Assembly (NCBI GenBank): GCA_051294905.1
Contig: CM119371.1
Location: 16,866,001 to 16,930,000, forward strand
Direction: 5' to 3'
Source: Botryllus schlosseri
Lineage: Eukaryota
DNA: 64,000 bases
Shown here in pieces: positions 27,060-39,914 of the stretch. Every line of letters starts with the position of its first letter. Position 1 is the first letter of the stretch. The translations under genes and the position numbers were made by a program. Under the pieces are notes generated by a model, which ran no database searches, was not told the origin of the DNA, and saw nothing but the letters and a program-made list of their open reading frames with translations.

Positions 27060-28599
27060 CTGTTGTGACATTTGACTTAAATCTGTGAACATGGATAGCG
27101 TAACGGTGGACAAATCACGGTCTTCAAGTGAGTTAACATAATATGGAAATATAACATGGTGCACGAAGTTGTCGAATTTTATTTCTCGTGTATGTGATAT
27201 GGTAACGACGACCATCACTTAATTTCGGCACTGCATAATAAATTATTTGCAGCTGCGCTATAGCCTACTGCAGTAATTGGCATAGATTGTATAAAACGTA
27301 CTGTAGTTATACCTTAATTAAGGTTAGTTGTATATCGTTTGTAATATATTGAGCAATTTTAATTTTTCTGCTAAGCTTATCTGCACCAATCTGTCCTAGG
27401 AGATACACGCAATTGTACGTTATTAAAAGCTTATATGAAGCTGGCATGACCTTGTATGATGTCATTGTCGATTGTTACTGCATGGTTCGTAATTGTGTCA
27501 CTATATTCATTGATATTGTGTTAAGACCAACGACGTAGCCTACTGGTCATTGTCCCGTAATGTAATGATGGGAATTGCGAGCCTTTTTCGAATCAAGAGG
27601 AGAAATGTTCTAAATAAGCATAGAAATGTCAGAATAAACCTGAGTCTTGTACGTGCAATATTGACTTTTATTTCATATCTGAGAATAAAGTGGTTGTCTG
27701 CGTTCTTCGGTGTCGGAATTGATCGGAATCCTACAATCACAATTAGACCCGGTTTTACAACAACCCATATTCAAAAGTGTCAAAGTCCGTATATCCACAG
27801 ATTATAATCAAGAAGACGACACTGCCTCACTTGCCTCCTCTGACCCTAATCACTGACGTATCACACCTTACACTGAACATATGTACTGCTGTATAGTGAC
27901 AATGTTTATCTCCAATAAGCTTCCCCTACGCATGTGATCATGGGTCCGTGCATTTAAGACGAACACAAAGACGCACATATTATCTCGTATACCTGATGAA
28001 AGTCTCAAATTTTGTATGAATCTTAACCTCGCTAATTAATCAACCAGGACTATAAAGCCATCAGTAAGACCATGCAACAGCAAAAAACGCATTAACTGCA
28101 TGTAAAAGCTGCTACTGTTAATTTTACTGTTGTCTATATCTGTTGGAAATGTTAATTGTCTTACGCTTCGAGAAATATGAAATGGTTATCCTTCAAATAA
28201 GATGTTACTTGCATAAGATAGATTTGACTCAAGTTTCGCATGATCCAATACCGCAACCAGCATGATTGTTTCGAGTTTTACAGAGATAATGTGGAGCACC
28301 CGATGAATACCATGTAGTGAGTTCGAATTTTGAATTGGTGCTACCATGACGTCATGAACTTTCAATGTTAAATGGATTTTCGAACGTGACGTAACCATTA
28401 ATTGACATGCATGACTCTTTCGTAGTTAAAATAGAAAATATAGAGCAAATGTGGCTCTTCCGAGGAGAAAGGTTCGCTACCCTTGCCATACGGACTACAG
28501 TGGCGCCACTCCGTTGCAAAGATTACTTCTATCGCAATTTACAGTCTCACATACTATTTTCGTGTATCTGGACAGGGAAATATTCGCCTTGTATGTTAC

Positions 28600-28665
28600 C
28601 TTTGATCTCCGGAGGCGCGTTCCAATTATCAGGTGAGTCGGCCATTTGTCTTCCCGTTGGTGATT
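28600..28665 (-). CDS. 66-bp phase 1-1 exon of the NLR gene (ESPTGRQMADSPDNWNAPPEIK)
   Basis: cag acceptor, AAG|gtaac donor, open frame in phase with the NACHT exon. Confidence 0.65.
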
Positions 28666-28727
28666 CTGTTTTTATCGGTTGTGTGTCAAAGGTTATGCAT
28701 TGCAAAGGATGAATAGAGTATTACTAC

Positions 28728-28796
28728 CTGGATTGTCCGCATATTCGATTTGACGCCTAGGGCACGGCGGAGGAACTGGACATGCGGTGTCATTCA
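28728..28796 (-). CDS. 69-bp phase 1-1 exon of the NLR gene (NDTACPVPPPCPRRQIEYADNP)
   Basis: ttccag acceptor, CAG|gtagt donor, 62-bp intron to the next exon. Confidence 0.6.
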
Positions 28797-29189
28797 CTGG
28801 AACATATTCATGTTTGGATTAGCCATTTAAACATTTAAATCGTCATTTATTAACAAAAAAGTGCTATAATGCTTTGTTTTAGTTGCCAAGCGGTGTCGTT
28901 TTTGATAGAGGGTGACTTCTACTCTGCCGTACTACTGCTTAAACCAGGGGTTCCCGAATTTTTTATTATCTTGGTCAAGTATCCGATTTGTAGATGTTCC
29001 AGGGCCCACTTCTAAGGTTGGTAAACTGATCACTAAAATGGGTCAGCACCTCCACGACCCCCACCCAAATGTCAAACGACGCCCCTGTTGAAACCACTGC
29101 TGGTATATAGTGTAAATGACGATGACATTGTACTGAGTACAATCTTAAGAACCTGAAGATAGAAGGAAGGTGTTGGAGTTGTCTGTGAT

Positions 29190-31485
29190 CAGGGCATGGT
29201 AAAGTATGATCTGTAATACAAAATTTCAATACTCCATACCCGCCTCCATCATTCTATATCATACTGTCAATTTACCATACCATTGTAATATTCTCCCATA
29301 CAAAATTTGATTCTTTTTCCACACTTTCGCATTTGCCCAACCTCTCAGAGATAATATTCCATTTTGATGTTTTGAAAATGTCCGGCATTTATTTTCCAGG
29401 TATTTTGGATGTAATTATCAATTTAAAATGATGATACACCAATTTTATCCCAAATTTATTTGTGTCATATATCAGAGATGGATAGGTTGCCTAATCCTCG
29501 AAGACGAAACGTAAGATATATGCGATATTAGTTGGGAATCACAGCAAAAGCTCATGACATGTAAGATAAATGTGACAACGCACGGGTAGCAGTAACATGG
29601 AGGGAGGTGTTATCTACAAAATAACATAAAGCAAATCTATTGTTCCATTAGAACAGACCTGGGAAAAGTGCGACCCACGGGCCGAATGCGGCCCGAGAAA
29701 TGTTGCTTGGTATTCTAAACATAAAACTTTCTTTGAGGATGACTAAAACCATAGGATGTATCAACTGAACAGGAAATTCGGTAACTTTGAATCCAGCTCA
29801 TTAATATGCCACGATAAAAATGCGTACGTTCCGCGCTTGCGTAATCCAGATTCAAAATAAATGCAATGTGGCAATGTCTTACTAGCAATTGAAGTCACAA
29901 CAAATCACTCTTTCCATATAGTTTAGTTTAAATCTTCATCGTTGCAATTGTTACTTTGCGCAATATACGGTATGTATTAAAATTGCTAAGTGATACGTTT
30001 CCAAATCTCTAATTCGGAAAACTGGTCAATCGGTGCTCGCGGTTACTGAATCATCAATTCAATCACCCATAAAGTATTAACGGCATGCCAAAAAAGGAAG
30101 CCGAAAACTGAAATTCAAACAAGGCATAGACTTAAGAGTACTAAATATTTGTATACTTAAGTCAGGGGTGAACCCGTCCTTTTAGTTTTTGCCGAGCATC
30201 GCGCAGAGATTAAGGATTTTAAATAAAGTCGGTCTTGTTATAAAAACACGAAACATTCGGTCAAGGGAGGGCAAAGTTTAAAAAAAAAACGCTGGCTTCG
30301 CTCAACATCGAGGCTATTTAAGCTGGAAGGAAGCGACCAAGAAAATGCTTTGTACCATTGCATATACATTTCAGTGCAGTGGTCCTCGAAATGCATGGGG
30401 GCTTGAAAGCATCAGACGGGGGCGCGAAGCGGAAGTACATTGAATTTATTCCCCAGCCTATTGTTATTGCTTCGTGTATTGTCCCACAACAGCCAGAACC
30501 ATCCATACCATCCAACTAGCCGTTGGGTTTGCTAGCATTCTGGTTGCACTTTTTAATATTTTGCGGTATCATGATAAGGAGGGCGCGAACTATTTCACCG
30601 TCATAAAGGGGGGCGTTCCTACAAAAGTTTGAGAACCACTGTTTCGAATCATGACGGCAAATAGATATATTGTTAATTATACGTCACTTTCTTATTACCT
30701 AACATCGACACATTCACTGAGCCGCATTTATTAACAATTTAATTTAGAAAAAAGATTAAAAAATACTGGAGAATACAGCTAAAATTTTTCACTCGGCCAA
30801 CCAACATATTTTCCACTTTTAATTTGTCCCGCGGAGTAAAATAATTGCCCACCCCTGCATTAGAATATATATCTTAAAATACAATTTTACGTCGGGGATT
30901 ATTCGACATCGGATAAAAATTCAGATTCATCCGCTAATATGTAGGTCAGACTCATTAGCTTTATTAACAAAAATCGGAGTATCCACTCTTCCACTCATTT
31001 ATCGGAGATAATCAGATTTATTGAAGTTGCAATGGGTGTTGGAGGCCGCCATGGCGTTACATCGCTCGAAGACAAGCTACATATATTTGAATTACAATGG
31101 TGCTTCTGTCAACTATAGATGTTCTGTGATGATCATCCGAAAGATGCGCAGGAGATGACTTCCAAGCACATCAGATTGACATTATTATTCATGTAACTGC
31201 TACATTCACAGTGTCTACGATTCAGTTTACGGGGTGGAAATTTCGATAAGCGAAATGTAAGCTGTAACGATGTAACGCAACAGCGGTCGAAGATCGTTCG
31301 TTGTTTTTATGATATTCAGATTTTATTTAATATTATATCCCTTCATGTGCGAGTTGCACAACTTTTTTTCTTCAAATGCATTGTATCTTCTGCAGGTCAT
31401 GGCGATGGAGATTTCCCCACCATAGTCCACCATGCCGAAATTTCATTCCATACTATACGATAGTTTCATATCATAACATGCCCTG
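29190..31485. mobile_element. hAT element with CCATAC repeats, containing nested MITEs
   Basis: TIR cagggcatg/catgccctg, perfect TSD tctgtgat. Confidence 0.87.
29654..30857. mobile_element. hAT MITE nested in 29190-31485
   Basis: Ends cagacctgggaaa/ttgcccacccctg, perfect TSD cattagaa. Confidence 0.82.
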
Positions 31486-33242
31486 TCTGTGATGAAGCAA
31501 TTTACTCCAGCGTTCAGGAAATACGATTATCCTGACAATTTATTACGTTAACACTATCTGCAATACAGCTGAACTGTACAGTTGTCACGTTCACCACATG
31601 ATCTTTCAGATATCCCACCTATTAATTGGAAATCTGTTGCTTGGGCTCGTCGATGGTATGTCATTGTCTGACTCGCTGTGCTGCGGCGCTCCGATTGTTC
31701 GAAACATTGGCAATTTCCAAATTTGAGGACGATGTATGTGGGCTCTAGCGCCCTAGACACATTATAATTTATCTTTTTAGAACCAATGCGACAGTAGCTT
31801 TCGCATAAGTCCATTTCTGCTAAATGTTGTACTCATAGTATAGCTATAGAATTATCATATATGTTTGCGAAACGACCAGCAATTATTGTGGTTATTTGGT
31901 TGAACAGACGGGAAGTTACGTGTTCACCTAAATCCGTTAGGTTAGTAATCTATACTCTACCCCAGTGCTTTTCAACATGTGGGACGGTACGCACTTGTGC
32001 GCATGAAAATCCTGATGAGAGCGGATGAAAATCGTAAATAATTATCAATTTTTATGACGTGGAATAATGCAAATAAACCTATAATAAAAATAATATAATG
32101 ATATAATAATTTATGGAGGACCGAGTATAACAATATATCATTACTACACCAGGGCGCTGTACATAAAAGGCAATAAAGTATAAAAGTAAAAGATGTGTAT
32201 AAAAGACGGAGTACATAATTGTAGGGCGGAATGAACACTACTCTACTTCGAACCTAATGGGAAATTCAAGTACAGTGACTCCCTAACTTATGTAGTTGCG
32301 AAGCAAATGTAAAACCTTGTTTGACTTACGACGCACCACTATTAATCGTAGCTTTGACAAATAACTTTGTCTCTCACAAGATGTAGTGAATTAATATTTG
32401 TATAACGTCAAATTGACTTTCTGCTTTCTCTCGCTGAACAATCGTCATATTTTCGTAATAACATTTCGATTACCGCGAGTCATGGGGGTTTTAGTAAATA
32501 TCATTATTATAGACTCACATTTGCAAGTTACTGCAACGCAAATTTTTCCCTTCAAGGATTAATAAAGTATGAGTCGCAAAGGGAAAAATTTTCGGATCGA
32601 CACGGTGCCAGATCGATCTGTTAATAGGTATGCGATATTTGCTGAATTTATAGCAAGGACATTCTGCTATAGTTTTTATATATACAAAGTCAGTGTGTTG
32701 AGTACTATTATAGCCAATAGGCAAGACACGCATAATACATGGCTTGATCATGAGAATGTACCGATCGTTGGTTTGAATTCATGATAAGATTTGTCCGACT
32801 GGTTTGTCTTTAAAACATAGTCGAAGACCGTTAGGCTGAACTACTGCAGGGATGTGCAACGGGCGGATTCGGGCCTATGAGACGCATTCATTTTGAGCCC
32901 AACCCCTTCTGCGTTTTCGCACACGGAGACGTTAAGTTTTGGGCGGGCAACATACCGCTGATAAAATGTGGCGCCTAAAACATCAGCGGCGAAAAAACAA
33001 TGGCCAGAAATGACCGTCGCTGGATGGTCATAATTTCGATATGGATATGCTCCGTTGTAGAAATTGTCGACACCGAATAGTCCTGTTCTTGCGATCTGAG
33101 TACACAGTAGTACAAATTTGACGCCCAAAGGAATTTAATTACCCTAATTTGCAATCGCGTGCGCCAGACATGTTTCGTAGAACTGTGTTGTGTACAATAG
33201 TGATGTGCGCGTTCTTTATGTCATACAATTTCAATGTCATAC

Positions 33243-33417
33243 AATTTTTCATTGTTATGGAGATTGGGATTTGGACGCAACAATGTTGTCTGGCGAAACG
33301 AGAGAGTGGCTCAGGACGCAACAATGCTGTCTGGCTAAACGAGATTGTAGCTCAAGAGAAAAAGAGCCAGACAGCATTGTTGAGTCCCAATGCCAATCTC
33401 CATAACAATGAAAAATT
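33243..33417. repeat. ~50-bp inverted repeat enclosing a 41-bp tandem duplication (small MITE-like unit)
   Basis: aatttttcattgttatggagattgg...ccaatctccataacaatgaaaaatt, with two ggacgcaacaatg.tgtctggc units. Confidence 0.7.
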
Positions 33418-33839
33418 CGAGGCTGATTGTGGGAGTTCCAGGGCCACGAGCGGAATCAAATTTATATTTTCGTAATCAGTGCAGAGTCAGCTTTCGATTG
33501 TTACCCGTTTTACCAAATTTAATGCTCGGCAAGCCGGTCAAAAATGACCGTCAAATTGCCTGTAGCCAAATGGAAATTGTGACGTGATCAATTTCACTGA
33601 GGCGTGAGATTTGCCTGTGTCGACACCATATAGGACACTTTGATTTCAGCCAATAACCATTTTTCACACCCGTAAAATTCGCTGCAGTTCGGATAGGAGA
33701 GCTGAACAGTTCGTAAGATCTAGCCATCAAAACACTAGTAGTGGCTCAACAGCAGCAGCTGTTGGCTGACAACACTGAAGTTGTGCGTACACTGCTGGTG
33801 ACACATCGTGTTGCTTCATTCTGACATTGTTGTCTACAT

Positions 33840-35438
33840 CAGTGGTTCTCAACCGCCGGTCCGCGGACCGGTGCCGGTCCGCGACGACCTTCCTGCCGGT
33901 CCGCCATGTATCTTACAATTTTATACCTTGATTTCAAGATGCTACAAGTACGAGCTGACTCGCCAAACCGCGCAGTTTGCACGATCATTCGTTTTCGATA
34001 TATTCATTTCGTGCAGAACGGTAACTACCGCACCCAAACCCCCCTTCTGAAGGAGGCCCAAAGTGATTTCGTGAATGAACATAAATTATAGAGTATTTCT
34101 TTGAAATTTCATCCAACTTTTAAAAAAAATTCGCGCTTCTCCCGATTTAGTGTCACTAAATGCCTTGATTGTTGAGTGTCCTTCCCCCAAGAAATACGCA
34201 TGATATATAGGAATAAGCATTCCGGCGTCAGCCATTGCCGCGCTGCGACGCACCAACACATGATGAAGTTTAGGCGAACATAGGACTACGAAAAGTGTGC
34301 CAAAGATTCGGCAGAGAGAACACCTTGGCCGAAAAGGACTGCCCTTTGTTGCCTTCGATATATATGTGTCACATTGTCCATAGGCACCTAAATGGCTGGC
34401 GCAGAATTTTGCTGTCCTGACAATCTGTACCCCACAAGACAAATACCATCCCACAGAGAACAGTTATTTTCCAGTGAAGAAATAGTATTTTGGAATCGTG
34501 TGCGCATTCTAGTTTAGTGCGCTTGTGCGATATCAATATCTATTCACTATATATAACAGACAGTACTTCACGAAATAATGACATACAACGAAGTAATTAT
34601 TCCAACACGCCCGCCGAATATGTTTAATATTGATGACGTGTCGAAAATTTTCCAAGACAACACCTTACTCAGCTCTACCGGAAAATCTGATAATTCTGAG
34701 AGGATAAAAAATTAGAGCAATATATACGCAATTAATAATATTATTGACCGATTCGGTCATGAATTTTAAAAAATTTCCGCGCTTGGCGCGATTAGGCTGC
34801 TTAAACTCTCTGCATACACGGAGTATAATGAATGTGTTCACCGGTGAAGAAATACATCTAACTGTAGGAGGAATAAGACCAATGTTTTTTTGGGGGGGAT
34901 TGGCTGAAAAAGTGGTTTTGCGACCCCGGTTTTGTGGATGGCCAGGTGTAGCTGTAGTCAGGTGTTTTCCTGCGGCGCATTGTATCCGTAGTAGCAAGAG
35001 TAGCATACGTCTGGTGTTGTGGGCAATGAGCATTGAGCAAGGTAGCACGAAAAAGTGCTTGGATCGATTCCGAAACACTTCTTCTCTCGATATTGTCGAA
35101 GAGAAGAATATTAATCCAGTTGGCGTCGTCGGTTACATCCATGGCCTACGGCGCGAAAGACTGTAAAAGACTCTCGGCGGTAACACGTGTATCTGCGCAA
35201 GGCAATTTTACTTCGACTCAGCAAACTCACTACCGTACAATCACATGGATGCCATCAAGATCATCATTAATTTCGATCAAAATCCTCAAAATGTCACTCT
35301 CTAGCACCATATACTTGCAAAAAAACGGCAGTATACTTTACCTTTTCGGTTGATTTCAATTTTTGAAAGTCCCCCGGTCCGTCAAGTATTTTTCTAAATT
35401 TTACCGGTCCGCGAGGTGAAAAAGGTTGAGAACCACTG
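33840..35438. mobile_element. hAT element with CCGGTCCG repeats, possibly carrying a decayed transposase fragment
   Basis: TIR cagtggttctcaacc/ggttgagaaccactg, perfect TSD gtctacat. KKCLDRF and YL(A)KNG-like remnants at about 35050-35330. Confidence 0.85.
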
Positions 35439-36228
35439 GTCTACATCACAATTTTTCCTAATGCGTTCCTTGAAATAACAACCAACGCCAACACAGTCTT
35501 GCTTGAATTTGGATATTGCGGTGGGTTGAGCATAATACCATGTCAACTTATTCGTTTCATTTGAACGTTTATGATTCACAATGAACAGACAATGGGTCGT
35601 CTTCAACGGTAGGCACATAATGTAGGCTACAATAAGTCACATGTCAAATGATAAGTTCACAGACAGTCAAATATCTACGATATAAACGAAATGCAGGTTG
35701 TCAAAGAATTTCATTTTTTGACAAATTTTGACGTATTTTTGAAATGTCAAAAAACGTCGCCCACTAATTATAATTCATAACTGAGATTACGCACCGTATG
35801 GAACCTTGGCGAAAACACGGTAACGTGACTGCATATCAAACATGATTAGGGTTGCATTGGGGTAACGTTGAAATACGGGTTATTTTTGAGGTTATAAAGT
35901 TCCATGCGACAGTGACCCATGCAGAGGTGTCTCCTTCCAAACTGTCGATTGTCATTGTACCACATATTCTCAAGTAACGGTCAACCGCTACTTGAATGAA
36001 AAGCCGGTACATCCTCCCGTTTTTTTTTTTCAGGCGAGCTACCCAGGTGGGTTTCATAGCGCTTAATCTATGTATCAACATACTGATATCTCAGAACACT
36101 AATAAAATTGTCTTGACGAGTTATAGGCCCTGATTACATGTTTTATATTTTATCTTCATGGCAAAGTGCCTCAAGCAGACCTCTCCCCGATTCGGACACC
36201 GTATTGAAAGAAAGAGCATCATACTCAC

Positions 36229-36375
36229 CTTGACTCGCGGGTGGTGCTTCTTCCTCAGCACCGAAATTATTGTAAACGATCTTGTTTACATTGATCTGAT
36301 CTCCGGTCACAACGTTAACAGTGCTATTTGCGAACCGTTGATTGACATTTTCACCTCCAGCCAAAATGGCGGACC
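36229..36375 (-). CDS. 147-bp phase 1-1 exon 2 of the NLR gene, encoding an N/V/Q/G-rich amyloid-like motif
   Basis: tcttag acceptor, CAAG|gtgagt donor. Peptide GSAILAGGENVNQRFANSTVNVVTGDQINVNKIVYNNFGAEEEAPPASQ. Confidence 0.75.
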
Positions 36376-36590
36376 CTAAGATACACGTTATTATTGTAAT
36401 GCATTCTAGATTCCATACATTGCATTTTAATAAAATGATATGATTCTATTATGTTCTTCCATATCTTTCGGCATCTTATACACAAGGAAATGAATGTGTT
36501 GTTTCTAAACAACTTTAAAACTGTTTTATATGGACAAAATTAATATGATTTTTACATAGTCAGCGCTCAAATACAAATGCCATTACGTAC

Positions 36591-36657
36591 CGGGTGATAA
36601 TGATGTAGGCAGTACATCAGCGTCACCAGAATAGTGACCTCCACCATCTTCTGCCAT
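36591..36657 (-). CDS. First coding exon (MAEDGGGHYSGDADVLPTSLSP)
   Basis: atcATGG start context, CCCG|gtacgt phase-1 donor. A ttttcag acceptor at 36703 implies a further upstream UTR exon. Confidence 0.68.
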
Positions 36658-37589
36658 GATATTGATAACCGTGGTACTAATTATCTAGGGTATATCACAA
36701 TGCTGAAAATACAAATATCAATTATACATTTTATGAATAATCTTTTCTGCGCAACAGGCCAAGACTAGCAGTCCTGAGCATAGAAGATCTGATGGCTATA
36801 TTCGAGCAACCTGTCAACAGTCACATGTTCCTAATTTTGAATACCCTATATTGTTTGAAAATGATTTGTTCAATAACAAGTTGTATGCATTATACACCAT
36901 GCGATCAGTTTGTCGGACATGACTAGGCGAAAGTGCGATAAATAAGATCGAAGTACTAGACTGGGCAAATGCATGGATTAGTGATGTACCGTCTCATCCC
37001 TGCCTAAATATGAGAATCCCATGAACAAATACTTGCTAGCAGCAGCACCCACCATCTGACATTTTAGCAGCATTTTTCTGGCTGATTGGCCATGAAATAA
37101 ATGAAAACAAAATTTATTTTTATTGTGTCTACACCTTTTCGATCTTTATGTCTATAGAAAGTTTAAGATCTCCATAAACCAGTGCCTCAAGGCGGCTCTA
37201 CTAAATATAGGTAACTCGGTCGTCATATCCATTCCATTTACAAGAGCACCCCCCTACCCCCCCCCCAAAAAAAAAAAAAAATCCATTTCGTAGACTAGAG
37301 CAAAGGCACACAAAGGCCTTGTATAACCCTAGTATAATAATTCGGTCAATAAAGATGTTGGCTTATTGCAGTGGTACGTGCCATTTGCCATTTCCAGAGT
37401 AACAAACACGCTGAGCTCAGAAATAGTACATATCTGAATATTACAGAGACTTGATGACCCGGAAAGAAGATGCATTGCCTTCTATTACAAAGATGTTGCT
37501 AACACAGTTAGACCAGTCCGGCATTGACAACGTTCAGTTGTCGCAAATGACTTTTATAAGTTTGGCAGATACATAACCAGTGTCTAGAA

Positions 37590-38445
37590 CAGGGGTGGGC
37601 AAAGTACGGCCCATCGAAATCATCGAGAAACGTGATAGAAATATTGATAAAAATGTGCAGTAAAAAATCAAATTATTAGAGCGACTTTTTAAATACAGTT
37701 TATCATGAAATTTATTAGGTTCATGCCTGTGTTTGGTAGATTCGTCCTCTATATGCGCAGTTAATTACAAATCATTCATAACTTCGGTCTCCACTCATCC
37801 ATAATGAGTATGATCCAAAGCAATACAAAAGCGGAAGGTTGAAGATGAATGATGCTGCAATCAATAAAGAATCAACTTATAGGTGGGTCTACTTCTGTTC
37901 CGGCGTCGATAGTAACACAATTACTATTACTTGTCACAATATGACATTATTATAATGAATTCGTTGCAGCAATTCAAAACACCAGAACAACGGAATTATG
38001 TTTGAGACAATAGTTAATTATTTTGATTCGTCCTCACAAAAGAACGGGAAAAAGGCAAGTTAAATACAGTGAGCCCTATACTGAAACTCACTTAAAGGTA
38101 ACATGTTGGTGCCAAATTGTGTGTTCCTAAGTTTGGCCAGACGCAGAATCAACATATCTATAAGCCGATCGTTACTCACATATTCAAATTTCCATCCTAT
38201 CCGAAAAATCAGCCCAACGTTTTTACATCCCTTATTTTGACGAATTGATTCAGGAAGGCCATAGTTTATCAAATTTCGGTAATGTTTCTGATGCGTGTGC
38301 GTGGCTGGAGCATTAACAATGTGCCGACCTTTGTATTGGTCTGAATCCACCATTAAATTTGTCCGACCATGGCTTCTCTGAAAAAACGCAGTCGGGGAGC
38401 GTTAGGATGCTTTAGTGTAGGGGTGTGCAATGATCGGGTCCTGGA

Positions 38446-38486
<41 letters not shown>

Positions 38487-39044
38487 GACTTGCGAGGCCA
38501 ACCCCTACCGCGCCAGGACACATTATGTGTTGACCAGCATAGCGATAGTTGAAGCATCGATGGCAAAAATTGCCGGCGATAAAACCAAAATTACCGTCGC
38601 TGGTTGGCAAATACATTTTAGATACTGATATGTCCGATCGTTGAAATGGTTAGTACCGAATAGTCTGAGTAGAAAGTCAATACAAATGTGACTCGTGGTC
38701 AAATAACACACTCTAATAATTTGAAATCGCGTGAGTCAGACATGTTCCAATAGCTGCGTTGCGTACGACTGCTGTCTGTGCGTTCTCGATATCGTATACA
38801 TGCCTTTAAATGTAGCATATAGTTATTTAAAAATGCAAACGATTTGATGTGTGACGCTTGGATGGCGAGATGCCACTAAAACTAGCATTTGAGTCGCGGT
38901 CAGAATGGTTAAAGAACCACTTCTTTTTATATTAGAATAAAAGCATGCGTTATGGCTTATAATTACGATTTTACTATAGTGCGGCCCGCAAACCAATTCA
39001 GATGTTGAATGCGGCCCACTAGCTGAAAAGTTTGCCCACCCCTG
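37590..39044. mobile_element. hAT MITE (possibly composite)
   Basis: TIR caggggtgggcaaa/tttgcccacccctg, TSD gtctagaa/gtctataa. Confidence 0.75.
38450..38481. repeat. (GA)n microsatellite
   Basis: About 16 GA units. Confidence 0.95.
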
Positions 39045-39914
39045 GTCTATAATATGAAATTGCGATGCATTGCGGTATAACAACTGTTATACGTCAAAAA
39101 GCTAGGCATGTGGTAGTATTTGGTCAGGGGTGGGCAAATTTTTTGTTGTACACGGCCGCATTTGGAATACTTCGACAGCATAATGCCGTCAGCCATCGGT
39201 GGGCTGACTAAAAAAGATCATTTTGCCGATCGAATCCCGAAATACCCGTTCCGAGGTCCGGTTTAATTGGGTTTACCAAGTCAACCATGCCCCATTCCCC
39301 CTTGCTAGCACCAAAATCCCCATTTCACGTCAAGGATGTAATTTTTATACAATCCCCTGACATGAAGGGGGACTAATTACTAACAACGAGGACAATTTGC
39401 TGCCTTCGAATGACATTTTAGCTTTCTTTAAAAACGAGGTAAATTCCTCCGAAAGTGGACGTATGTCGTATGGTATCCTCACCGCAAATTCTTCATTGCT
39501 TGATAGCTAGTAATCATATCATGTCTAATAAATATCAAACCCATTTTGGAACGAATTTAGTTCATGAAAGTCTGTAACATTGAAATAAGTGACTTCCTTG
39601 ATGTTGAATAGGCTTTTCGAAGTACAGAACTTCAATATTGCAGCAAACAAACGTTCATATTGTTAAATTTATTACACTGGAAGCTTTTCGACTGGCTCTC
39701 TTCAGCAGTGATTTTGCATACGAGAAGACAAACTTGCAAAATTGGAAACCTCACGCGACACCATAAGTTTTAGTTGTCAGTCCGGTTTCCGTTCCGCAAG
39801 CCAGTTCGGTACTCGTTTTTCAGGTGTTGTGTTGTATGTGCATGGGGTTAATGGTGCTTAACTACTCAGGTCTTGTGCACCAGACCACGTCGAAAATAAG
39901 ATATCCGCAAATAA

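Noticed and set aside
33670..33820. Additional NLR exon
   Set aside because: It has splice-like ends, but the frames I translated contain stops, so it is not supportable.
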